Part shown: positions 57,221 through 64,000 of the stretch, piece after piece
Layout of the letters: each line of letters opens with the position of its first letter
Position numbering within the stretch: position 1 is the stretch's first letter
Origin: a virus
Lineage: Duplodnaviria > Caudoviricetes
Strand: one strand, 5' to 3'
IMG/VR virus record: IMGVR_UViG_3300033073_001516
Span: 87,747-151,746 of that record
DNA length: 64,000 nt
Translations under genes and position numbers: made by a program
The notes under the pieces: generated by a model
The model's input: the letters and a program-made list of their open reading frames with translations, nothing else
Databases searched by the model: none
What the model was told of the DNA's origin: nothing

Positions 57221-57972
57221 TCGACAATATTAGTCACATGTCGGCGGAATTTTATCGATTCCGAGATTTCAATGAAGTTTTCTTCCTCTTCCTCTTCCTG
57301 CATGCTCGGAACGTGGGAGATGTATGTTCCCTGGGCAGAGAGCTCATAATTTGACGCGGGAGACCCTTGAAAATGATCCTTGACATCGCTCTCACGCACG
57401 ATGGTGATCCTTCTCTCGGCCAGTCCGGTGCTCTTTGCGATCTTTCCAAGCTGCTTCCAGACCTGACCGGGTTTCTTGTCCACGTCCAGATTCGGGTTGT
57501 CGATCTTCGCCTTTTCCTCTGCAGCACGATCGAGACCGCTCATGTCAGGAACGCTCTGGACGGTTCGCAGGTTCGGATTATCCTTGACCATCCTATTGAG
57601 CTCATCCCCCGACGCAGGATCTTTCGCAGCGATGTTAAGCATCGTTGCAGCAGCTTTCGCGCGCTCTTTCGGATCCTTAGCTCCCTTCGTGCTCGGATCG
57701 GTCCCGAACCCCTTGAGATAGGCTTTCTTGTCGTCCGACGAGAGCTTCGATATCTCTTTCTTCGCAGTGAAGATGCTTCCACTTGTCTTTGATGCGGCGT
57801 CTTTTACATGCTTGTTCGCGATCTCGATGCTCTTCGCCCTGACAGCGCTTTTCACGTCGGCTGGCATGCTGACGGGATTACCGGCGCCCGCCTCACCACC
57901 CAGGACGCCCTCATCTGTTCTTGAGAGCTCCTCACGTATGATCTGTCTAAGCATGGATTCGTCAAGCAACAT
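57217..57972 (-). CDS. Leader-motif protein
   Basis: MLLDESMLRQIIREELSRTDEG. Confidence 0.8.
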   Translation of the reverse strand: MLLDESMLRQIIREELSRTDEGVLGGEAGAGNPVSMPADVKSAVRAKSIEIANKHVKDAASKTSGSIFTAKKEISKLSSDDKKAYLKGFGTDPSTKGAKDPKERAKAAATMLNIAAKDPASGDELNRMVKDNPNLRTVQSVPDMSGLDRAAEEKAKIDNPNLDVDKKPGQVWKQLGKIAKSTGLAERRITIVRESDVKDHFQGSPASNYELSAQGTYISHVPSMQEEEEEENFIEISESIKFRRHVTNIVE

Positions 57973-58017
57973 TTAGAGTTCCGTTGTGTTAACGGTAAAT
58001 ATACTCGACTAATCAGC

Positions 58018-58614
58018 TCAAATGGCGAAGTAAGCGCCGCGAGTATGCGCGACTCTGTCAAGGTATTCCTCGCTGATCCCTGTCAACGAGAATCTCATAT
58101 CTAGGGCATCAAAAAGCGTAGATCGCCTCATCATGACTGGGCTGGAGAACTTACCGATCACAATTTTCGTTCTGTCTCGCTCAGTCTCCGCATAGACCCT
58201 GACGGAAACATTGACTTTTTCAGCCAATCTAGGATCGAAATTATCGATTGGACCATCTTCGGCAAACTTGGAAATGCTCACCTGCATTTCTCCGTTTCGA
58301 TATCCGAAGTCATGAAGGCTCATTCCTTCATACCCGACGTCCTTCACTGGAAATGGAACATACCACGTATTATTCGCGCGTGTCCCCTCACGAAGCACGT
58401 TCTTCCAGATCCACTCAGCTGTGCCTGGACGATCTGGATTCATAATGACGCTGGCAACGTCGGGTTGACCGCCAACGCGGAGGAGCTCCACGACCATTCG
58501 ACCATTGAGATCCCTTAACTCAATCTTGGATCTGAGAGGCGGTTCCGACACTTCGCGGAGACGTCGAAGCTCTGAGCGAATAATTGAACGCAGCGTGCTC
58601 TCGTTGATTCTCAT
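58018..58614 (-). CDS. Leader-motif protein
   Basis: MRINESTLRSIIRSELRRLRE. Confidence 0.8.
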   Translation of the reverse strand: MRINESTLRSIIRSELRRLREVSEPPLRSKIELRDLNGRMVVELLRVGGQPDVASVIMNPDRPGTAEWIWKNVLREGTRANNTWYVPFPVKDVGYEGMSLHDFGYRNGEMQVSISKFAEDGPIDNFDPRLAEKVNVSVRVYAETERDRTKIVIGKFSSPVMMRRSTLFDALDMRFSLTGISEEYLDRVAHTRGAYFAI

Positions 58615-58623
58615 AAAAGCTCC

Positions 58624-59478
58624 CTAGTTGACAGCGGTTGCGACGAGCTTGCCCCTGATGTTGCTACGAACTTCATCTGCGATGCGTTTGATATAAGGCT
58701 TCAGGGCCTGCAGAGCCTCAACGTACTTCGGAGCTGCGCCAGCTGGATTTACCTGGAATCCACCCTTCGTCAGGAGTTCCTGGCACACGATCTCGGCTAG
58801 AGCATCGGATGTTGTAGCGATCGCGCCGTCCCTCGCTGATGCCATCGTGAGAGCGCCCACCCATTTGCTCTCATTCTCACCCGTGATAGCCTCGATTTCA
58901 GGATCAACTTCACCATATTGAAGGAACATGTCCGAAAGCTCCCGATACAGCGGGCTGATACGATCCACGGAGTCGCCGCTGTCGAACATCGAATGAAAGA
59001 TCATCCACGGTGTTGCCATGAAGCCCTTGTCGGTCGACATCGAGGAGTAGAGGACAACAACGTCATCACCACCAACTCGGGCGGGAGATTCGTATCCGAG
59101 ACGTTCGAGAGTCTCGATGCCATCGGGCACAAGAGGCGTGAGTCGAACTCGATTCTGGGTGTAGCCTGATGGATCGTCGTCAACGCCTGCTGCTCGTCCT
59201 ACACCGATGAGGGGTGCGATCCAGACATTACCCGGAATGTTCGCGAGGTGCTTCTCAGCGAGAGCTTTGAAACGTCCTGAACGGGCGTACTTCTCCGCGC
59301 CCTTACGATTCGCTCCTCCGCCCTCTCCCGCGCCGAAGCTCGTATGCGTCATGTCATCGTCATCATCCTCGTAACCATCACGCCCGATCCCCAGGCTTCC
59401 AGCATACGGCATCTCCTGAAGGGCCCGTCGCGCCTCCTCACGGATGATCTTCCTAAACCTGCTCTCTGTGATTCTCAC
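58624..59478 (-). CDS. Leader-motif protein
   Basis: MRITESRFRKIIREEARRALQE. Confidence 0.8.
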   Translation of the reverse strand: MRITESRFRKIIREEARRALQEMPYAGSLGIGRDGYEDDDDDMTHTSFGAGEGGGANRKGAEKYARSGRFKALAEKHLANIPGNVWIAPLIGVGRAAGVDDDPSGYTQNRVRLTPLVPDGIETLERLGYESPARVGGDDVVVLYSSMSTDKGFMATPWMIFHSMFDSGDSVDRISPLYRELSDMFLQYGEVDPEIEAITGENESKWVGALTMASARDGAIATTSDALAEIVCQELLTKGGFQVNPAGAAPKYVEALQALKPYIKRIADEVRSNIRGKLVATAVN

Positions 59479-59551
59479 GAAACTCTCTCCAACGAGCTAT
59501 AAATATAATGCCACGGGAGAAATACAGGAAGACTTCCAAGCCACGGTACTT

Positions 59552-60190
59552 TCAAGCCGCTGCGGTGGCAAGATCCTTCTTGAATTTCTCGTAGGTGGTC
59601 TTTATCTGGGCCTGGTTCTGGGCTGTGGCGACCTGGGGAGCCACCTCAGCGATCTTCGCGATGATCTCACCCGTCTCTATGTCGCCGAGAGCTTTCGCGA
59701 GAGCTTTTACGGCCGGTCCCGCGTTCCTAGCGAGACCGTCCCTGTAGGCGCGCCCGACGATACCCAAGGCATCTCCCACGACGGGAAACATCGCCAAGGT
59801 TCCAAAGATGACGCCCATCCAATCCGCAGCAGCTGCAGCCTTGACGATCTGAACCTGAGCGACGCCAATGCTGAGGGCTATCCCGATCCCGGGAATACCG
59901 TCCAGCGCAGCCCCGAGCGCGGTAAATGCCCAATCGATGGGCTTGCTGTTCCACCCAGCTGAAAGAGCTTGGGAAACCGTAGGTGTAATGTCCACTTGCC
60001 CCTTCGCGATCTGGGCCGCGCCCATCGTCTCAGCGCCACCGAGGGTTCGCGCAGCTACATACTTCAGCTTGCCCATCGTGTCGACGGAAGCGTCCTTCAT
60101 AGTTGGCTCGGAGAAGACGTCGAGGGGGCTGGCCTCCCTGATGAGCTCCTCACGGACGATTTGGCGAAGTTTATTTTCAGTGATGAGCAT
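59552..60190 (-). CDS. Leader-motif protein with hydrophobic helical hairpins (pre-toxin-TG-like)
   Basis: MLITENKLRQIVREELIRE; LDGIPGIG and LAMFPVVGDAL. Confidence 0.8.
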   Translation of the reverse strand: MLITENKLRQIVREELIREASPLDVFSEPTMKDASVDTMGKLKYVAARTLGGAETMGAAQIAKGQVDITPTVSQALSAGWNSKPIDWAFTALGAALDGIPGIGIALSIGVAQVQIVKAAAAADWMGVIFGTLAMFPVVGDALGIVGRAYRDGLARNAGPAVKALAKALGDIETGEIIAKIAEVAPQVATAQNQAQIKTTYEKFKKDLATAAA

Positions 60191-60223
60191 TCTAAGAATA
60201 TCCCTTATCTTTTTATGCCAATC

Positions 60224-61030
60224 TTATCGTCTGCGAAGACCGAGCATCTGACGAACATCATCGTCGGACATCTTCTGCGGCTTTCTCTCCGGAGGCGGAG
60301 CAGCGACTCCACCGACCCTTCTGATCGTCCGAGCGGGTGAAGCGGGAATTGTCTCAGGTTCTGGACGTCGAGCAGGAGCGATTTGCTCCTCGCGCTCTGC
60401 TCTCCGAGCATCACGCTCTGCTCTCCGTTCATCTTTCTCAGCCTGCTCATCACGTCCCTTGTAGTAGTACTTCAGGGCGGCGCTCGCGGCCGCGACGGGA
60501 TCAAACATCCGCGCGCCGCCGAGCTTGATGAGGAAAGCTAGGCCGACGTCGCGAAGCCACTCGGTACGATTCGAGCCCGCTTGCTGCCACCTGATGTCTA
60601 CAAGCGGAATGGTAGAGTTTCTGACAGCTCCAGGTACCCCGAGAGCAACGGGATCCTTGTGGTGGATCGACATGATAACGCCGGGCATGGTGTACAGGTT
60701 GTTGATCTTGTCGAGAGTCGGAATGATAACGTGATCACCATCGTTAAAGATGATGTCGTTCTTGCCGAACAGCGTCTTGATCTCCCCAGTTTTTGTCTCG
60801 TGATCTTTCTTCCAAGATCTCGTCATCTGACCGTCATTGTACCAGCTGTCGAACGCAGGTGATCCTCCGACGAACGGGTTTCGATCTGCAGAGATGCTTC
60901 GCTTGCTATGAGACCAGACAACGTCATCCGTCGATCTCACATTATAACCGTGCCTGTCTCTTACAACCTCGGAGAGCGTCTCGAGCTCCTCCCGGACGAT
61001 ACTACGCAGCGCTCTCTCACTGATTCTCAT
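60224..61030 (-). CDS. Leader-motif protein
   Basis: MRISERALRSIVREELETLSE. Confidence 0.8.
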   Translation of the reverse strand: MRISERALRSIVREELETLSEVVRDRHGYNVRSTDDVVWSHSKRSISADRNPFVGGSPAFDSWYNDGQMTRSWKKDHETKTGEIKTLFGKNDIIFNDGDHVIIPTLDKINNLYTMPGVIMSIHHKDPVALGVPGAVRNSTIPLVDIRWQQAGSNRTEWLRDVGLAFLIKLGGARMFDPVAAASAALKYYYKGRDEQAEKDERRAERDARRAEREEQIAPARRPEPETIPASPARTIRRVGGVAAPPPERKPQKMSDDDVRQMLGLRRR

Positions 61031-61181
61031 GAAACTCGCTCCAACGGATCATAAATATAACGCTTGCTTGAAACGTGGGGGAGCTTCCGGCCCGGGGCAC
61101 TTTTGGGCGCAGTCACCCGCAGGGGGCAATTGGCAACCGAAAATCCCAACGGGGAAAATTTCAAACGCATGTCTCTCACGC

Positions 61182-61212
61182 AAAAAAATCGAGGGTGGAA
61201 ACCCACCCCCGA
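61182..61212 (-). terminator. Intrinsic terminator (family of three: also 62225-62254 and 62827-62854)
   Basis: TCGGGGG..CCCYCGA hairpin plus U-run after each cassette. Confidence 0.75.
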
Positions 61213-61230
61213 CCCTCGACCATCGATCGA

Positions 61231-61773
61231 TCAGCGTTCGGTGAGGAACGTCTGAACCTGGTGCGCAGCGATCTCGCCGACGCTCGCCATGTCGCCGCTC
61301 TCTGTGTCCTCGAACTTATCGTGCATGAAGGGCTCGAGAGCCTTCACACCGCGGGTGAACATGTCCCAGGCACGCTCGAGATCGGGTGAACCCTCGAACT
61401 CGTAGCCGCTGTTGCTCACCAGCCAACGACCATCGTCGTGGCTCTCGCGGATCGTACGCTTGCCAGCGCGTCGACGGGACTCCTCGAGGCCGAGCTTGCG
61501 GGCGACATCCATCGGGATATCATCGATGTACTGCGATGTGCCCTCGGGGCTGACGAAGTAAACCTTGACAACATCGCCCACGTTGCGGAAACGGACCACA
61601 GAGTCGAGGTGGGACTGGGGGCGACGACCGCCGATGCGGTCGGCGAGGCGCTCCTCACCTGCCTTGTTAAGGTCGGCCGTGAGGCGAAGAAGCGTCATGC
61701 GTGTGCTCTCACTAACAACGTTCTTGGTCTCTTCCCTGATGATCTGACGGATCCTGCTCTCTGTGATACGCAT
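61231..61773 (-). CDS. Leader-motif protein, two-module chimera
   Basis: MRITESRIRQIIREETKNVVSE; C-terminal module shared with 62873-63172. Confidence 0.85.
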   Translation of the reverse strand: MRITESRIRQIIREETKNVVSESTRMTLLRLTADLNKAGEERLADRIGGRRPQSHLDSVVRFRNVGDVVKVYFVSPEGTSQYIDDIPMDVARKLGLEESRRRAGKRTIRESHDDGRWLVSNSGYEFEGSPDLERAWDMFTRGVKALEPFMHDKFEDTESGDMASVGEIAAHQVQTFLTER

Positions 61774-61789
61774 CTTAAAATGAACTCCT
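61738..61789. repeat. 52-bp exact direct repeat (copy 2 at 62736-62787) spanning RBS and leader codons
   Basis: gatgatctgacggatcctgctctctgtgatacgcatcttaaaatgaactcct occurs twice. Confidence 0.9.
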
Positions 61790-61840
61790 GTGTGAATCTA
61801 ACTATAGCGATTAGGGTGAAAATTCACCCGAAGATGAGGT

Positions 61841-62170
61841 TTATTCGTCACGATCGGCGTCGCGACGCTCACGTTCCCAGCGGAGGAAATCGCCCCTCAT
61901 GAAGCGGTCCAGCTGCGCGGTCGCCTCGTCCCTCGCCTCGTCGGGTCCGAAATCACCCGAGCTGATCGCGGTGTCGACGAGCGCGTCCCAGAGCCTGTCG
62001 GCGGCCGGACCCTCAGGATCGGCGATCGTCGCGTCGAGGAGATCGTCCGGGATGTCAGCGAGGACCCAGCGATCGTCCCCACGGGGCTCAGCCCGGGCGA
62101 CGCTCTCGCGGAGGACCCGACGGGCCTCCTCCCTGATGATCCGACGTAACCTGCTCTCTGTCAATGCCAT
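61841..62170 (-). CDS. Leader-motif protein
   Basis: MALTESRLRRIIREEARRVLRE. Confidence 0.8.
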   Translation of the reverse strand: MALTESRLRRIIREEARRVLRESVARAEPRGDDRWVLADIPDDLLDATIADPEGPAADRLWDALVDTAISSGDFGPDEARDEATAQLDRFMRGDFLRWERERRDADRDE

Positions 62171-62270
62171 GGTAAATCTCTCCTGCATACGTGTCTAAAT
62201 ATACGCGAAGCAGCGCTCGGGTGCAAAAAATCGGGGGCGGAAGCCCACCCCCGAAGCTAGAATCCGTGGA

Positions 62271-62771
62271 TCAATTCATCGCATTAAAGCGCGTCGCGAT
62301 CGCATCTGCGATCGCCCCAGCAATTTCAGCGTATCCCTTGTTCTGGGATTGAAGGCGCGTAATGATACCTTCAAATTGCTTTTGGTTGTGCATCTCATTA
62401 AGAACAGCGATAAGCTTCTCGGGATTCGAGATAGCAATTCTCATCTTGTACGTCATCGCCGGCACGCTCCCGAGGCCAGAGCTAACAGCCTTTATAACCA
62501 CATCGCGGACGCCCGGTATACTTGCTGTCAGGCGAAAAGCGGGATTGTACTTCAATATGAAATCGGCGATAGTGGTGGAAATCTGCGTAATTTCCTGCGG
62601 GCTCATGTTTCCTGTGGCAACCTTAGTCGCCGCGTTAGCTAGCGCGGCAGGAGCCTGCTGGACTGCCCGGTCGATCGCAGCGCCTGCAGCTTGAGCGTTG
62701 GGTTGCTCGGACAGAACGCGACGAGCCTCCTCACGGATGATCTGACGGATCCTGCTCTCTGTGATACGCAT
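62271..62771 (-). CDS. Leader-motif protein
   Basis: MRITESRIRQIIREEARRVLSE. Confidence 0.85.
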   Translation of the reverse strand: MRITESRIRQIIREEARRVLSEQPNAQAAGAAIDRAVQQAPAALANAATKVATGNMSPQEITQISTTIADFILKYNPAFRLTASIPGVRDVVIKAVSSGLGSVPAMTYKMRIAISNPEKLIAVLNEMHNQKQFEGIITRLQSQNKGYAEIAGAIADAIATRFNAMN

Positions 62772-62872
62772 CTTAAAATGAACTCCTACACTAGTCTAAT
62801 TATGTTGGTCCAACTGAAGTTGACCCAAAAATCGGGGGGCTTCCGCCCCCCCGACGCTCGGTCTCGGGACGA

Positions 62873-63172
62873 TCAGCGCTCGGTGAGGAAGGTCTGCGCC
62901 TGGTGAACTGCGATCTCACCGACGCTCGCCATGTCACCCGACTCGGTGTCCTCGAACTTGACGTCCGCGAATCTCTTGAGGTTGCCCACGGCGGTCGTGA
63001 ACTCGTACCACGCGTTCTCCACGTCGCTCGGTGCGTCCTCGAGCTCGTAGCCGACATCGCTCACGAGCCAGCGGCCGTGCTCGCCCATCTCACGGAGCGT
63101 GCGCTTGCCAGCGAGGGCACGAGCTGCCTCCTCGCGGATGATCTGCCGGATTCTCTTCTCATTCATTGTCAT
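62873..63172 (-). CDS. Leader-motif protein
   Basis: MTMNEKRIRQIIREEAARALAGKRTLRE. Confidence 0.8.
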   Translation of the reverse strand: MTMNEKRIRQIIREEAARALAGKRTLREMGEHGRWLVSDVGYELEDAPSDVENAWYEFTTAVGNLKRFADVKFEDTESGDMASVGEIAVHQAQTFLTER

Positions 63173-63229
63173 CGCTATTCTCCTTCCTGTGATAGCTGGG
63201 ATTACATATTCTCGTCGCACCGGAATCTC

Positions 63230-63625
63230 TCAAAAAAAATCAGCGGCGCGGAGCGCCGGGGGGCCCGGGGTGAATCCGTTGCAGTCGCTCGCTGCAGGGG
63301 GTGCCCGCCGTCGAAAAATTCTCCCGGGAAATTTTCGGGAGCCGCGGCCCTCCGGAGGGTGAGCCCGGGGGATAAAATGGGACCCAAATTCCATGCCACG
63401 GGCGCTCGGGGGGAATGGGTGAACCCAAAAAAGCTCCCGGGAAATTTTGAGTGGGCGGACTTGGCGGCCGCTTCCGGGGGACCCCCCACAGAGTAGGCCG
63501 GGGCCCGGGGGGCGGGGGCCCCATTATTTAAGGGGGGCCCTGTCACATACCGATGGGGCCCGCCCCACTGTCACGGAATAGGGGCCCCACCGCCCCACCA
63601 CTGCCACCTTGGGGCCCCACCCCGT
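63230..63625. other. Non-coding GC-rich region with palindromes, A/T tracts and a 15-bp direct repeat
   Basis: CTCCCGGGAAATTTT at 63321 and 63434; repeated GGGGCCCC. Confidence 0.6.
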
Positions 63626-63631
63626 GCTGCC

Positions 63632-63799
63632 CTACCGGGCGAACGTCACCTCGACGGTCATCCACCCGTCAGGGTCGATCGGGCCGATCCGGAGGGCCGA
63701 GAGGCTCCGGACCCCCGGGCGCTCGCTCTCCAGGTGGGCCATCGCCGCCTCGAGAGCATCCGGACCATTGTGCTGCCAGCGGAATCGGATCGTTGCCAT
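63632..63799 (-). CDS. 55-aa hypothetical protein (not in ORF track)
   Basis: MATIRFRWQHNG...VTFAR with AAGGAGG RBS and ATGCAA-N17-TATAAC upstream. Confidence 0.7.
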   Translation of the reverse strand: MATIRFRWQHNGPDALEAAMAHLESERPGVRSLSALRIGPIDPDGWMTVEVTFAR

Positions 63800-63853
63800 G
63801 CTGCCTCCTTGATGATCCAGTTATACCACACTGCCGACGGGCTTGCATCCTTC

Positions 63854-64000
63854 TCAGCTGCCTGCCGGCGCCGTCCCGTCGTGGACAGCCTCGGACCACC
63901 GGTGGAGCCCGACCTGCCACAGCACCTCCGACAGGGGATGGGCGACCAGGTTGTGGAGGGTCCAGCGGAACCGCTCGGGCAGGAGGCCGAGGAGGACGGG
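63854..64000 (-). CDS. Partial hypothetical protein (3' end)
   Basis: ...RWTLHNLVAHPLSEVLWQVG...VHD..., stop at 63854. Confidence 0.55.
   Translation of the reverse strand, partial: PVLLGLLPERFRWTLHNLVAHPLSEVLWQVGLHRWSEAVHDGTAPAGS

Noticed and set aside
61231-63172. Diversity-generating retroelement TR/VR pair
   Set aside because: Differences between the paralogous 3' ends are not adenine-specific and no reverse transcriptase is present
62903-63546. ORFs across the GC-rich palindromic region
   Set aside because: Low-complexity Pro/Gly/Arg translations without RBS; treated as non-coding
1-64000. Eukaryotic giant virus or bacterial chromosome
   Set aside because: SD sites, overlapping operons, intrinsic terminators, CCA-encoding tRNAs, a gp55-like sigma and fibre genes indicate a phage; no core cellular operons

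Overview
This window is best read as part of a large (jumbo-type) tailed bacteriophage genome, encoded almost entirely on the minus strand. From left to right it contains: a partial baseplate-like gene; a T4 gp55-like late sigma factor; an ~18 kb glycan-biosynthesis cluster (glf, gmd, fcl, a UDP-sugar dehydrogenase, about ten glycosyltransferase-like genes, a methyltransferase) next to two [S/T]GS-rich fibre-like proteins; PIN-PhoH; a histone-H1-like protein; a degenerate chaperonin; a YeaH-SpoVR-PrkA trio; a DinG helicase; a dispersed array of 19 intact CCA-encoding tRNAs interleaved with host-like genes (acyl-CoA dehydrogenase, di-haem cytochrome c peroxidase), candidate structured ncRNAs and a homing-endonuclease-like gene; and a GC-rich right end. 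The most striking feature is a family of at least 14 otherwise unrelated ORFs that share an N-terminal leader (about M-R-I-T-E-S-R-[IL]-R-x-I-I-R-E-E...[LIV]-x-E). Most sit behind an ATANTTA late-promoter-like motif, and some carry enzyme cargo (kinase, PRTase fold). I infer a modular capsid-targeting/injected-effector system. Asp/Thr-repeat lipoproteins hint at a Myxococcota-like host (inference). All calls come from reading motifs by eye; no searches were run.
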